From Candidatus Omnitrophota bacterium (GTDB taxonomy: Bacteria > Omnitrophota > Gorgyraeia > Zapsychrales > Fredricksoniimonadaceae): a stretch of 64,000 nt of DNA. A program made the position numbers and the translations under genes. The notes under the pieces were generated by a model. It worked only from the letters and a program-made list of their open reading frames with translations. It did no database searches and was not told the DNA's origin. Shown in pieces: positions 48,059-58,870 of the stretch (the stretch's first letter is position 1; every line of letters starts with the position of its first letter). Where the stretch lies: NCBI GenBank assembly GCA_044225175.1, contig JBGAJA010000001.1, positions 742,711 through 806,710 on the forward strand. The letters are read 5' to 3'.

Positions 48059-49092
48059 TACACCTTTTTAGTTTTTAATTTCTCGATCACTTGTTTTTCA
48101 ATCTTGGCTAATAACTTTGGGTTGTCTTTCAAAAGCTTACGAGCAGCTTCGCGACCTTGGCCGATCTTTTCATTCTCGAAAGATAACCATGATCCGCTCT
48201 TTTGAATGACTTCTTGGGCAACGCCAAGATCAATAATATCTCCAGCTTTAGAGATACCTTCATCAAAATAGATTTCAAATTCAGCTTCTTTGAAAGGAGG
48301 CGCAACCTTATTTTTAACGACTTTTGCTTTCACACGGTTAGCAATGATATCTTCCCCAGATTTAATGGATTCAATTTTACGAAGATCAATACGGACAGAG
48401 GCATAAAACTTCAATGCACGACCACCAGTTGTCGTCTCAGGAGAACCAAACATGACACCAATTTTCATACGAACTTGGTTAATGAATATGACACAACTTT
48501 TGGATTTGCTGATGGCAGCTGTTAATTTACGAAGAGCTTGGCTCATCAAACGGGCCTGAAGACCCATATGAGAGTCCCCCATTTCCCCTTCGATTTCAGC
48601 GCGTGGAGTTAAAGCAGCCACAGAGTCGATGACAACTAAATCTACAGCATTGGAACGAACTAATGTTTCAGCGATTTCTAAGGCTTGCTCACCTGTATCT
48701 GGCTGAGAGACCAAAAGATCATCCAGCTTTACGCCTAATTTGATAGCATAACTGGCATCAAAGGCATGCTCAGCGTCAATAAACGCTGCAACTCCACCTG
48801 CTAATTGTAATTGTTTAATAATACTTAATGTTAATGTGGTTTTACCCGAAGATTCTGGGCCGTAGATTTCGATCACTCGGCCGCGAGGAACGCCCCAAAC
48901 ACCTAAAGCAGCATCAAGGGCCAAAGAACCGGTTGAGATGACAGGGATGTCAACTACAACCTTACTATCCATACGCATAATGGAACCTTTACCGAACTGT
49001 TTTTCAATTTGTGCAAGGGCTAAATCAAGAGCTTTTAAACGGTTCTCTTTATCACCGGAAGGTTTTTCAACAACTGCTTTGTCTTGCGCCAT
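48058..49092 (-). CDS. recA: Recombinase A
   Basis: [29 protein letters not shown]; start trimmed to MAQDK (GGAGG RBS). Confidence 0.99.
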   Translation of the reverse strand: MAQDKAVVEKPSGDKENRLKALDLALAQIEKQFGKGSIMRMDSKVVVDIPVISTGSLALDAALGVWGVPRGRVIEIYGPESSGKTTLTLSIIKQLQLAGGVAAFIDAEHAFDASYAIKLGVKLDDLLVSQPDTGEQALEIAETLVRSNAVDLVVIDSVAALTPRAEIEGEMGDSHMGLQARLMSQALRKLTAAISKSKSCVIFINQVRMKIGVMFGSPETTTGGRALKFYASVRIDLRKIESIKSGEDIIANRVKAKVVKNKVAPPFKEAEFEIYFDEGISKAGDIIDLGVAQEVIQKSGSWLSFENEKIGQGREAARKLLKDNPKLLAKIEKQVIEKLKTKKV

Positions 49093-49187
49093 AATGCCTG
49101 CCTCCATATTTATATTAAATTAAGAAACGGATTATACATGCATGGGGATTGTATTGTCAATTCCAAAGGGTGTGGAATGTTATTTGT

Positions 49188-49916
49188 TTATTCGAGTAGA
49201 AAATGGACCAAACTGACTGTAGCAATAGCGGCAGTTTCGACCTTTAAGACGGTATCTCCTAAAGAAATAGGCACACATCCAGCCTTGACCGCTTGCTCCA
49301 CTTCATCTGGAGTAAAATCGCCTTCTGGACCGATAAAGATAGTTACAGATTTATTGGTGCTGTTTCCTATGATTTCTTTAATATGTTTTGATTTACCATT
49401 AAGCGATGGGAAAAGATGCAATCCTTGAGGGTCTAAATTCTTTAATACTTGGGATAAGTCTGTCATGGGGTGGATCTTGGGCAAATCGGTTCGTTTGGAT
49501 TGCTTGGAGGCATTCATGGCTACCTTTTGAAAACGACTAAGCTTTCCTGCCATCTTATCGGATGAGTACACCACATCTCCTCTTTTCGTCTTAAGGGGAA
49601 TGATTTCATCAACACCAAGCTCCGTGCACTTCTCAATGATCCATTCAAACTTGTCTTTCTTAGGAGGCGCGCAGGCTAGAATGATTTTGACTTTCTTTGA
49701 ACTTGCCTGGCGAATGGATTGGACTTCTACTTTAAGACCTTGTTGGGTAAAGTCTTGAATCATAACCTCAGCCTCTTGGTTCTGACCATTAAAAATCTGA
49801 ATCACAGCCCCCTTTTTAAGACGCAGCACATCCTTCATATGATGAACTTCATCCTTATCTGTGATTGTCAGGATCTTTTGCGAGAAATTGGCGTGTTGGG
49901 AATAAAAACGGTGCAT
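49188..49916 (-). CDS. rsmE: 16S rRNA m3U1498 methyltransferase
   Basis: HHMKDVLRL, EKCTELGV, IGPEGDF, LKVETA. Confidence 0.95.
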   Translation of the reverse strand: MHRFYSQHANFSQKILTITDKDEVHHMKDVLRLKKGAVIQIFNGQNQEAEVMIQDFTQQGLKVEVQSIRQASSKKVKIILACAPPKKDKFEWIIEKCTELGVDEIIPLKTKRGDVVYSSDKMAGKLSRFQKVAMNASKQSKRTDLPKIHPMTDLSQVLKNLDPQGLHLFPSLNGKSKHIKEIIGNSTNKSVTIFIGPEGDFTPDEVEQAVKAGCVPISLGDTVLKVETAAIATVSLVHFLLE

Positions 49917-49947
49917 AGTGGTTATATGTTAGCAATGTTATGGTGAA

Positions 49948-50217
49948 TCATCTATAAACATTTTTTCTGTGATCAATATCTACTATCATAATTAACAAGT
50001 AATTCTTTAATGGTTTATACAAAATTCTAATCACCCCTATTCGATAAGACCGAAGCCACTTGAATGGTCCACTCAAAAGTTTGCCGACTAAAGGATCCTT
50101 CGTAATAATATTTTCAAGTGTATCAAGGATATATTCTTTTAATTTCTTATCTTGAATGTTGTTAAACTTTTTAAGCGCTAGGGGATCCCATCTTATCAAA
50201 TAAATATTTTGTCTCAT
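49948..50217 (-). CDS. RelE/ParE-family toxin
   Basis: GKLLSG...RSYRIG..RILY...IDHRKNVYR. Confidence 0.85.
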   Translation of the reverse strand: MRQNIYLIRWDPLALKKFNNIQDKKLKEYILDTLENIITKDPLVGKLLSGPFKWLRSYRIGVIRILYKPLKNYLLIMIVDIDHRKNVYR

Positions 50218-50483
50218 ACTCTTTGAGGTCTTCCTATAGCTTTTTCAAATGAAACACCTTTGCCTTTATCTGCATCTTTCATACGTCTAATTAACTCTTT
50301 GGAATATTCTTTATCCTGAAGAATTTCGATCGTTTCAAGCATGCCTTCATAATCCTGCTGACTCATGATAACCCCATAAGGCTTACCATTAAGTGTCACT
50401 GAAAACACCTCTCCCAAATCATTAGATTTTCTTAACACGTCCAAAAACTGACTTTTAGCTTGAGTTACCGTCATCGTTTTCAT
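50214..50483 (-). CDS. Phd/YefM-family antitoxin
   Basis: MKTMTVTQAK...NGKP...ETIEIL; AGGAGG RBS; ATGA overlap with the toxin. Confidence 0.88.
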   Translation of the reverse strand: MKTMTVTQAKSQFLDVLRKSNDLGEVFSVTLNGKPYGVIMSQQDYEGMLETIEILQDKEYSKELIRRMKDADKGKGVSFEKAIGRPQRV

Positions 50484-50499
50484 GTCCTTCCTCCTGTAT

Positions 50500-50519
50500 A
50501 TGGTCATAATTATGACCAT
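50500..50519. promoter_or_regulatory. Perfect 20-bp palindrome, probable toxin-antitoxin autoregulatory operator
   Basis: ATGGTCATAATTATGACCAT immediately upstream of the antitoxin RBS. Confidence 0.75.
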
Positions 50520-50556
50520 TACAAGAATACCATTCTAATATTAGAGCGTCAAATGG

Positions 50557-50709
50557 CTATTTGCTTACAAGTCTACGGATTTTCTTTAATTCACTTAATG
50601 CTGCTTCCGCGAAGATCCTTGAAAGATACTTCCTTTGGACAATTCTTTCTAAGGCAATGATAGGAGCCTTCAATCTTAGGCGTAGTTCGTTGACTAATAG
50701 TTTTTTCAT
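50557..50709 (-). CDS. Small 50-aa basic helical protein (DHp-like pattern without His)
   Basis: Manual translation MKKLLVNELRLRLKAPIIALERIVQRKYLSRIFAEAALSELKKIRRLVSK; fills the intergenic gap but has no clear RBS. Confidence 0.45.
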   Translation of the reverse strand: MKKLLVNELRLRLKAPIIALERIVQRKYLSRIFAEAALSELKKIRRLVSK

Positions 50710-50724
50710 AGATTGTCTAAAAAT

Positions 50725-50828
50725 ATTCAAGGCGTCCGATAAATGTTCGGCGTAATCAAAGATGTTCCCCAGGATTTACTTCCGCCGGCCGTCCGTAAAT
50801 CCACATCCGATTTGGGGACGCCTCGAAT
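50725..50828 (-). other. GC-rich ~104-nt extended hairpin (candidate structured RNA or repeat)
   Basis: Nested stems ATTCGAGGCGTCC/GGACGCCTTGAAT, GATGT/ACATC and GGATTTAC/GTAAATCC. Confidence 0.55.
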
Positions 50829-50837
50829 GGTGTACCA

Positions 50838-51110
50838 CTACTCTCTTTGTTCCTGATAAGCTTGTAAAACTTTCCTAACAATCTTCCCTTGGACAAATTT
50901 ATCCGAGCATTGGACCTTTTCATACCAACGTTCATTTTTTCCAAGTTGAGAAGGCATAGATACAAATAGCCCTTTATCACCATCAATGACTCGTAGACCT
51001 TTAATAATCAAAGCATCATTGACCGATAAATCCACAAAAGCCTTAAGACGATGGCCTTCGGGAAGTCGATGCATCTTAACTATTTTGAAATCTAAAAGAT
51101 CAGAAGACAT
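50838..51110 (-). CDS. spoVG: SpoVG-family nucleic-acid-binding protein
   Basis: LKAFVDLSVND..IIKGLRVIDG.KGLFVSMPS. Confidence 0.9.
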   Translation of the reverse strand: MSSDLLDFKIVKMHRLPEGHRLKAFVDLSVNDALIIKGLRVIDGDKGLFVSMPSQLGKNERWYEKVQCSDKFVQGKIVRKVLQAYQEQRE

Positions 51111-51121
51111 TTCTCCTCCTA

Positions 51122-51364
51122 TTAGCTAGCTACTGGTGGATTAGAAACTACTGGTGCGGCTGGATAACATTTCCCACAAGGTTTAAGACCTTTTTTAGTT
51201 GCCTCTTCCATAGCAATGGGCTTGGCATTCTTTTTTTGAATCATTAAACAATCTTGCTTGTGATACTTCTTTCCATTCTTTGTTGCATACACATCTTCTG
51301 CAAAAGCAAATGTGGAACTAACTAGAACCATTGCAACCAACATCACTCCTAAAACCTTTTTCAT
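51122..51364 (-). CDS. Small exported protein with an Ada-like metal-binding motif
   Basis: Signal peptide MKKVLG...AFA; YATKNGKKYH..DC...GLKPCGKC. Confidence 0.75.
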   Translation of the reverse strand: MKKVLGVMLVAMVLVSSTFAFAEDVYATKNGKKYHKQDCLMIQKKNAKPIAMEEATKKGLKPCGKCYPAAPVVSNPPVAS

Positions 51365-51558
51365 AACTTCTCCTTTTGTTATAAATGTTAATTCAACTTT
51401 CGGAATCCTAATCATATTTTGATCTTTTGTCAAATATTATTTTAATCTAACATCAATTTTTGAGATCAAATCCAATTTATCGTCAAATAATATTGCATTT
51501 TAATCAAGATGTGGTAAGCTTGTGTAGTTCTAAAGATTTGTCAAAACAGGAGAGACAC

Positions 51559-52110
51559 ATGCTAATCGGAGATAAACTTCAAGAAATACGAAAAAAGAAA
51601 AAAATGACGCTCACTGAACTTTCTGAAAAAAGCGGCATTCAACTAGCCACCCTAAGCCGCATTGAAAACAAAAAAATGACTGGCACAATCGAATCCCACA
51701 TTGCAATCGCCAAGGCCCTTGAAATCGACGTAGTTGAGCTTTACAAATCCGTCATCCATCAAAATAAAGAAATTGAATTGATCCAGGCCCCTGAAACTTC
51801 AGAAGTTTTTACACATAATGACAAGTCTTCCTTTGAAATCCTCACCAAAAACGTTTTAAGTAAACATATGATGCCTACCTTAATACGCATTGAACAAGGC
51901 GGGGCAACTCAGCAGGAACAAGGAAAACCTAACAGCGAAAAGTTTATTTTTGTGTTGGAAGGCCCGATCGAAGTGGTTGTAGATACAAAGACCTTTATTC
52001 TTAAGAAAAACAACACGCTATATTTTGATGGTTCTCTACCCCACATATTTAAAAATACTTCAAAAAATACCGCTAAATTATTGTGCGTTGCAACCCCGGT
52101 TGCCCTATAA
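51559..52110 (+). CDS. XRE-family regulator with cupin domain
   Basis: HTH (LTELSEKSGI..ATLSRIEN) plus cupin (EKFIFVLEG, YFDGSLPH); AGGAGA RBS before 51559. Confidence 0.9.
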   Translation: MLIGDKLQEIRKKKKMTLTELSEKSGIQLATLSRIENKKMTGTIESHIAIAKALEIDVVELYKSVIHQNKEIELIQAPETSEVFTHNDKSSFEILTKNVLSKHMMPTLIRIEQGGATQQEQGKPNSEKFIFVLEGPIEVVVDTKTFILKKNNTLYFDGSLPHIFKNTSKNTAKLLCVATPVAL

Positions 52111-52128
52111 CTTATAAGGAGAAAGACA

Positions 52129-52488
52129 ATGAACCAAAAAATTTTAATCTGTGATGACGAAGAAAACATCCGTGAAACAATCAAACTAGTCCTGGGAGAT
52201 TTCTACGAACTCTTTCTGGTTGCAACCGGCGAACAAGCCCTCTACACCCTAGCCCACAATAAAGACATTAAATTGGCCCTTTTAGACATCAAAATGCCCA
52301 AAGTCAGCGGCCTTGATCTATTAAGTGAAATCAAAACCAAATACCCCGACATAAAAATCATCATGGTCACCGGCTACCGCTCCGTCGAGACAGCAGCCGA
52401 AGCTTCCAGACTCGGAGCCTCTGGATACCTGGTTAAACCGTTTAAATCGCATGATATTTTGGAGACGGTGAGAAAGAATTTAGGCTAA
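52129..52488 (+). CDS. Single-domain response regulator
   Basis: ICDDE, LLDIKMP, VTG, YLVKPF. Confidence 0.93.
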   Translation: MNQKILICDDEENIRETIKLVLGDFYELFLVATGEQALYTLAHNKDIKLALLDIKMPKVSGLDLLSEIKTKYPDIKIIMVTGYRSVETAAEASRLGASGYLVKPFKSHDILETVRKNLG

Positions 52489-52495
52489 ATACTTA

Positions 52496-54088
52496 ATGAA
52501 TTTTAACCCATACACAATCCCACCAATTTTGTGTTTGTTACTGGCTGTTATATGTGGTGTTTTTGTTATTGGTCAGAATCCTAAAGCAAAACTAAATCAG
52601 ATTTTCTTATTTATATGCCTAACATTTATAGGCTGGTTCTCCTTTTACATCCCCTTTAATTTTCCATACTCAGAGCATCAAATATTAATTTGGACTAAAA
52701 TTTCTTTTTGTTTTATTTCTTTCATTCCTATAACGACTTTCACATTTATTTCCACTTATTTACAAATCCCTAAGAATGAATTCTGGTTTAGAATAAACTC
52801 ATTAATTGGATTAGTATTCTCTATATTAAGCCTAAGTACTGATTGGATTATTAAAGGAGTCTTGCATTTGCCTTGGCATCCTTATCCTGAGGCTGGCATT
52901 CTTCATCCACTACTAATATTACACTGCCTTTCCTTAGCTTATTGGGGGATAAAATTGACACTTATTACGCTAAAAGATAAATCCCTTTCTGATAAGCGGC
53001 GCAATCATATCAAATACATGTTTATCGCCATGATTGCATTAACACCTGGAGCCATTGACTTTCTAGGAAATTATAATATTCAAGTTTACCAAATCGGATA
53101 TATACCGGTATCTGCTTATTTATTAATAACGACAATCGCCATCATTAAATATCAATTAATGGACATTCAGATTATATTAAAGAAAAGTCTTCTTTATACA
53201 ATTTTGATTGCCGTTATTGCCCTGTTCTATTTTCTTTCCATTTATGTGGCTGAACATGCTCTACAGAATATCTTTAAATATCAGTCTATTTTTATTTCTC
53301 TATTCTTCGCCACTATTATTGCTATTGTCTTTATTCCGATTAAAAACTTTCTAGAAAAGCATCTGTTTAATAAAAGTTTAGGGATGATTGCCGAAGAAAA
53401 TGATCTTTTAAGAGTGGAAGTTGCTCAAACTGAAAAATTCAAAATGGTAGCCAATCTGGCCAGTAGCATTGCCCATGAAATCAAAAATCCCCTGACTGCC
53501 CTTCAAACTTTTAATGAATATTTACCTCAAAAAAAGAATGATCCAGAGTTTTTTGATAAATACCAAACCATCGTATCGCAAGAGCTCAATCGTATTAATG
53601 GTTTAGCACAAGAACTTTTAGCTTTTGCCAAGCCTTGCCCCCCTCAAATCCAACAAGTCAATCCCAACGAAATCATTACTCAAATCATCCAATTAGTTCA
53701 TCAGAAATGCTCTGCAAATAAAATCAATATTGAAACTAAGCTAGAGGCCCATAACCTTATATCAGCCGACCCCAATCAACTCAAACAAGCATTGCTTAAT
53801 ATTATCCTGAACGCCATTGATGCCATGCCTGATGGAGGCATATTAACTATTTCTACCAGTGTCATTGCGAGCGAAGCGAAGCAATCTTTTACTATTAGCA
53901 TCTCCGACACCGGCTCCGGCATCTTCCCTAAAGATTTACCTCATATCTTTGAACCGTTTTATACAGGAAAAGAAAAAGGCACAGGATTAGGACTTGCAAT
54001 TACTCAAGGGATTGTTGAGAAACATGGCGGGAAAATATTCGTAGAAAGCAAAATTAACCAAGGCACAACATTTACTATAAAACTATGA
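52496..54088 (+). CDS. 7TM-sensor histidine kinase 1
   Basis: Multi-TM N-terminus, [10 protein letters not shown]1/F/G2 boxes. Confidence 0.92.
   Translation: MNFNPYTIPPILCLLLAVICGVFVIGQNPKAKLNQIFLFICLTFIGWFSFYIPFNFPYSEHQILIWTKISFCFISFIPITTFTFISTYLQIPKNEFWFRINSLIGLVFSILSLSTDWIIKGVLHLPWHPYPEAGILHPLLILHCLSLAYWGIKLTLITLKDKSLSDKRRNHIKYMFIAMIALTPGAIDFLGNYNIQVYQIGYIPVSAYLLITTIAIIKYQLMDIQIILKKSLLYTILIAVIALFYFLSIYVAEHALQNIFKYQSIFISLFFATIIAIVFIPIKNFLEKHLFNKSLGMIAEENDLLRVEVAQTEKFKMVANLASSIAHEIKNPLTALQTFNEYLPQKKNDPEFFDKYQTIVSQELNRINGLAQELLAFAKPCPPQIQQVNPNEIITQIIQLVHQKCSANKINIETKLEAHNLISADPNQLKQALLNIILNAIDAMPDGGILTISTSVIASEAKQSFTISISDTGSGIFPKDLPHIFEPFYTGKEKGTGLGLAITQGIVEKHGGKIFVESKINQGTTFTIKL
53858..53887. 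repeat. Half copy of the GTCATTGC palindromic element, in frame in histidine kinase 1
   Basis: AGTGTCATTGCGAGCGAAGCGAAGCAATCT versus AGTGTCATTGCAAGGAGCAAAGCGACGAAGCAATCT at 47533-47568; encodes [10 protein letters not shown]. Confidence 0.75.
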
Positions 54089-55674
54089 CACCATTTGCGC
54101 TTTCAGGACTCTTAATTGTGATCACTCATTTAAGTATGGGCACATTTCTACTAATAAAAAATTTTCATAATCCCATTAATCGACTGTATTCATATTTTAC
54201 TTTTGTAGTAGTAATCTGGGGATTAGCAGCTTTCAAAATCGGTACTATTCAAAATTTAGAATCTGCCATCTTATGGTGGAAAATAGGTCATATAGGTATA
54301 ATTTTCGTTCCTATTATGTTTCTTCAATTTGTTTATAGATTTATTGAACAGAAAAATCAAATCTTAATAGTTAGTATTTTTACTGTAACTATTTTCTTTT
54401 TAGCCACCCTTTTTTCCGGACATTTATTAAATACACCGGAATTTATTTTCAATTCATTCTATTACAATGCACACCCCAATCTTTTATACAAAATATTTAC
54501 TACTCTTTGGTTAATGGCTATTATTTTTAGTCATTGCCTTTTATACAAACAGTTAAGAAAAGTTTCCAAGATTAAACAGAATCAAATTAAATATTTCTTC
54601 TTAGCAATAATAATTGGATATACCGGTAGCATCACTAACTTTTTACCCGTATTTGGTATAAATCTTTACCCTTATGGAAATTTTACAATCGTTATTTATC
54701 CAATAATTATGACCTACGCCATTTTGAAATATCAACTAATGGATATAAATATTGTTATCAGAAAAAGTCTTATTTATTCTTCCTTAGTAACAGTTATTAC
54801 ACTGATCTTTTTAACCTCCGTATTAATTTCAGAAAGAATATTCCATCATTTTTTTCAATACAAAGATTTATTTACTTCCATTTTGACTGCTGGTCTTATT
54901 GCTTTAATATTTATTCCCTTAAAGAATGTGATCCAAAACTTTATAGATCATTTATTCTTTAAAGGAACAACGATTGAAATAGCCCAACAAAACGAACAAT
55001 TACGTCACGAAATAGCCCAGACAGAAAAATATAAAATAGCAGCAGCTTTATCCAGCGGAATTGCTCACGAAATCAAAAATCCTTTAACTTCCCTGTCCGT
55101 CTTTACCGAATATCTTCCTGACAAGAAAAATGATCCCGCCTTTCTTGAACAATATCAAAAGATTGCCCAACAAGAAATCGGCCTCATTAACAGCCTTTTA
55201 CAAGAATTACTAGACTTTGCTAAACCCTGCGCACCTCAAATGCAACAGACCAATCTTAATGAGGTCATCACACAAGTCATTCAATTGGTCAGAAAAAAAT
55301 GTGAACAGTCAAAAGTTCTTATTGAAACCTCACTCCAAGCTGATAAAGATCTATCTGCAGACCCAAATCAACTCAAACAAGCCCTGCTAAATTTGATACT
55401 TAATGGTATGGATGCCATGCCTAATGGTGGCACATTAACTATAACCACAGTGATATCATCACAGCACATAATCACCATTTCCGACACCGGCTCTGGAATC
55501 GCCGCCAAAGACCTCCCTCACATTTTTGAGCCCTTTTATACAAAGAAAGAAAAAGGCACTGGATTAGGACTAGCTATTACTCAAGGCATTGTAGAAAAAC
55601 ATGGTGGAAAATTAGAAGTCGAAAGCAAATTAAACCAAGGGTCTACATTTAGGATAACTTTAAAAGTAATATGA
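54085..55674 (+). CDS. 7TM-sensor histidine kinase 2
   Basis: Same architecture as kinase 1; ATGA overlap. Confidence 0.92.
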   Translation: MTPFALSGLLIVITHLSMGTFLLIKNFHNPINRLYSYFTFVVVIWGLAAFKIGTIQNLESAILWWKIGHIGIIFVPIMFLQFVYRFIEQKNQILIVSIFTVTIFFLATLFSGHLLNTPEFIFNSFYYNAHPNLLYKIFTTLWLMAIIFSHCLLYKQLRKVSKIKQNQIKYFFLAIIIGYTGSITNFLPVFGINLYPYGNFTIVIYPIIMTYAILKYQLMDINIVIRKSLIYSSLVTVITLIFLTSVLISERIFHHFFQYKDLFTSILTAGLIALIFIPLKNVIQNFIDHLFFKGTTIEIAQQNEQLRHEIAQTEKYKIAAALSSGIAHEIKNPLTSLSVFTEYLPDKKNDPAFLEQYQKIAQQEIGLINSLLQELLDFAKPCAPQMQQTNLNEVITQVIQLVRKKCEQSKVLIETSLQADKDLSADPNQLKQALLNLILNGMDAMPNGGTLTITTVISSQHIITISDTGSGIAAKDLPHIFEPFYTKKEKGTGLGLAITQGIVEKHGGKLEVESKLNQGSTFRITLKVI

Positions 55675-57266
55675 ACTATTTTAGCATTACTGCGATTTTA
55701 AATTCATTAACAAGCGCCTTGGCATGTATCTTTATACTTTTAAACAATACAACAACTAAAACAAATCAATATTTTGCTCTGTTTGCATTTGCTGTATCTA
55801 TATGGGCGTTCTTTTTTCGAGTATACGCTTCAAATGAAGCTTCACAGGAAGAAGCATTATTAGCTATGCGAATAGCTATTGGGGTCGCCATCTTTATCCC
55901 AACTCTCTTCTTACATTTTGCAACACACTTAATCAATGAAAATGGTAAGCATCTAAATACATTGCGCTTATTATATTTATTTACTTGTATTATAGCCTTA
56001 ACAGCATTCTCTCCACTATTCATTAAAGATGCTAAACAATATTTGCTTTTTAAATATTGGCCTGAGCCTGGTCCAACTTATATTTTCCACACTCTTAATT
56101 ACGTATTTGTTCCACTTCTAGGTTTTAAAATTTTATATTCAAAAATTAAAATAACAGCAGGACATAAACAAAAACAATTAAAGTTAGTATTTTGGGGAGT
56201 TCTTCTAGCCTATCTTGGAGGATTAACAAATTTTCCACTGTCATATAACTTCCCTTTACTGCCAATAGGCAACGTATTCGTTTCTTTCTATATAGCTTTT
56301 ATTACATATGCGATCTTTAAATACCAATTAATGGATATTAATATCATTCTTAAAAAAAGCTTAATTTATACAATTTTAATTTCAATAATTACTGTCTTTT
56401 ATTTAATTCTTATTTATCTTACCGAACATATCATTCAATCTTTATTGGGGTATAAGTCTCTACTCGTATCCATTATATCAGCTACTGGCATTGCATTAGC
56501 TTTCATACCTTTAAAAAACTTTGTTCAGGATTTTGTAGAAAAGTCTTTCTTTAGCGGATCATATACTAAAATTTCTGAAGAGAATGATCTATTAAGGGAT
56601 GAAGTTGCTCAAACTGAAAAATTTAAAGTAATTGCTAATCTAGCTAGCAATATTGCTCATGAGATAAAGAACCCCCTCACTGCCCTCAAAACTTTTAATG
56701 AATATTTACCTCAAAAAAAGAATGATCCTGAATTCTTTAACAAATACCAAACTATTGTCGCTCAAGAATTGGAACGTATTAATAACTTAGCACAAGAGCT
56801 ATTAGCTTTTGCTAAACCGTGCCCGCCACAAATGCAGCAAATTAATCCTAATGATGTCATTAACCAAGTCCTTCATTTGGTTCAACAAAAGTGTACAGTT
56901 AATAAAATCGACATTGAGACTGAATTTAAAGGTAATATCCATTTAGATGCGGATCCTAATCAGCTTAAACAAGCTTTATTGAATTTGATTCTAAACTCCC
57001 TTGATGCGATGTCTAATGGTGGAATCTTAAGAATCTCCACCAAAACTCAAAATATACATTACACAATCGACATTTTAGATACGGGCTGCGGAATTGATCC
57101 CAAAAACCTCCCACACATATTTGAGCCCTTTTATACTAAAAAAGAAAAAGGAACAGGGCTAGGCCTTGCCATTACGCAGGGAATTGTTGAAAAACATGGC
57201 GGGAAATTAACAGTAGAAAGCAAATTAAACCAAGGAACCACATTTAGAATAATCTTACCGATATGA
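55671..57266 (+). CDS. 7TM-sensor histidine kinase 3
   Basis: Same architecture; kinase core very close to kinase 1. Confidence 0.92.
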   Translation: MNYFSITAILNSLTSALACIFILLNNTTTKTNQYFALFAFAVSIWAFFFRVYASNEASQEEALLAMRIAIGVAIFIPTLFLHFATHLINENGKHLNTLRLLYLFTCIIALTAFSPLFIKDAKQYLLFKYWPEPGPTYIFHTLNYVFVPLLGFKILYSKIKITAGHKQKQLKLVFWGVLLAYLGGLTNFPLSYNFPLLPIGNVFVSFYIAFITYAIFKYQLMDINIILKKSLIYTILISIITVFYLILIYLTEHIIQSLLGYKSLLVSIISATGIALAFIPLKNFVQDFVEKSFFSGSYTKISEENDLLRDEVAQTEKFKVIANLASNIAHEIKNPLTALKTFNEYLPQKKNDPEFFNKYQTIVAQELERINNLAQELLAFAKPCPPQMQQINPNDVINQVLHLVQQKCTVNKIDIETEFKGNIHLDADPNQLKQALLNLILNSLDAMSNGGILRISTKTQNIHYTIDILDTGCGIDPKNLPHIFEPFYTKKEKGTGLGLAITQGIVEKHGGKLTVESKLNQGTTFRIILPI

Positions 57267-58870
57267 CATTCTTTATTATTACCAGCTTTATCAACGCTTT
57301 ATCTTCTGGATTTTGTTGTTTATTTATTCTCTTGAATAATATTAAATCTAAACCTGCTAAATCGTTTGCAATATTCTTTTGTTTCGTAGCTCTGTGGTCT
57401 TTCTTTTATTTCTTAAGCATGCTTGCCACGGAATATAACGAAGCGATTTTCTATTCAAGAGCTTTAAATACACTAGCACTATTTATCCCTCCAGCTTTCT
57501 TAAAATTTTGTATTGAATATACAAATGAAAAAAACTTGTTATTTAGAAGAATATTATTTCTTTTCTTCATCATTGATCTAGCTATCCTACCTTTTGTTAA
57601 TACTCCATACTTTATTGTAACTATGAAGCATGTTCTATTCTTTAAATTCTGGCCTCAAGCAGGCATACTCTTTCACATTTCTTTTATACAATACATGATT
57701 ATCATTCCTATTTCACTCCATCTTCTAAGGAAAAAACTAATTCAATCGACTAGACAAAATTCTCACCAACTAAAAATTTTAGTTTATTCTTTATTAATTG
57801 GATTTCTAGGAGGAGGAACAAATTATTGCCTTTGTTTAAATATTCCCATTGCACCCTATGGAAACCTACTAGTGTGCGTCATTGCTTTTGGTTTTCTTTA
57901 TTTGGTTTTTAAATATCAAATTATGGACCTGAAAATAACTCTTTCCAGAGGTCTTGCATATACCATACTAATTTTTCTTATCACTTTATCCTACTTTACA
58001 ACCACCTACATAACAGATTCTTACTTACAAAGACTCACGGGTTATAAATCTTTTCTTTTTTCATTTTTAATCGCCACAATTACTGCTTTAGCTTTTGTGC
58101 CTTTGAGAAATTACCTTCAAAACTTAATAGACAAGTTCTTCTTTAAAAAGTCGATACAGGAAGTGGAAGAAGAAAATCTTTTTCTAAGGCAAGAAATAAC
58201 CCAGTCAGACCGTCTTAAATCTATAGCTATACTAGCAAGTGGCATGGCCCATGAAATCAAGAATCCTCTCACCGTTCTTAAAACCTTCACTGAATACTTG
58301 CCCAAAAAAATGGACGACAAAGAATTCTTAAAAAAGTTTACTCCTATGGTTGCCGAGGAAGTTACCCGTATTGATAATTTGGTGCATGAACTTCTTGATT
58401 TTGCTAAGCCTGCTTCTCCTGTTCTTAAACCACTTAAAATCAAAGAGCATGTTCAAAGCACCCTAGATCTTTTGAGCAATGAGTACATTAAACACAATAT
58501 CAAAACAACTACGGATTTTCTTTTACCGGCTGATACCACAGTCATGCTTGATCCAAATCAAATTAGACAAGCTCTCTTAAACATACTTCTTAATGCCATT
58601 GATGCTATGCCAACAGGTGGACAATTAAATATAGGAATATATAGCTCTTCTGAGGGTACGATTAACATTAAAATCCAAGATTCAGGGCCAGGAATTGACC
58701 CTAAGGATTTGCCTCATATTTTTGATCCATTTTATTCCAAAAAAGACAATGGAACTGGCTTAGGCCTTGCCATTACTTATGAAATTGTTCGAAATCACGG
58801 TGGGAAGATTTTTGTGGAAAGCTCTAAAGGTAAAGGTGCGGCGTTTGTGCTGGAATTTCCTTCTATCTAA
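57263..58870 (+). CDS. 7TM-sensor histidine kinase 4
   Basis: Same architecture; AHEIKNPL. Confidence 0.92.
   Translation: MTFFIITSFINALSSGFCCLFILLNNIKSKPAKSFAIFFCFVALWSFFYFLSMLATEYNEAIFYSRALNTLALFIPPAFLKFCIEYTNEKNLLFRRILFLFFIIDLAILPFVNTPYFIVTMKHVLFFKFWPQAGILFHISFIQYMIIIPISLHLLRKKLIQSTRQNSHQLKILVYSLLIGFLGGGTNYCLCLNIPIAPYGNLLVCVIAFGFLYLVFKYQIMDLKITLSRGLAYTILIFLITLSYFTTTYITDSYLQRLTGYKSFLFSFLIATITALAFVPLRNYLQNLIDKFFFKKSIQEVEEENLFLRQEITQSDRLKSIAILASGMAHEIKNPLTVLKTFTEYLPKKMDDKEFLKKFTPMVAEEVTRIDNLVHELLDFAKPASPVLKPLKIKEHVQSTLDLLSNEYIKHNIKTTTDFLLPADTTVMLDPNQIRQALLNILLNAIDAMPTGGQLNIGIYSSSEGTINIKIQDSGPGIDPKDLPHIFDPFYSKKDNGTGLGLAITYEIVRNHGGKIFVESSKGKGAAFVLEFPSI

Noticed and set aside
12472-49428. Numerous 60-115 aa antisense or off-frame ORFs inside housekeeping genes
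   Set aside because: They overlap well-supported genes and show no recognisable motifs.
49948-50519. RelE/Phd pair as a novel system
   Set aside because: Ordinary type II toxin-antitoxin module with a typical palindromic operator.
50725-50828. SRP RNA or 6S RNA
   Set aside because: It lacks the SRP domain IV motif with its GNRA/GGAA loop and is too short for 6S RNA.
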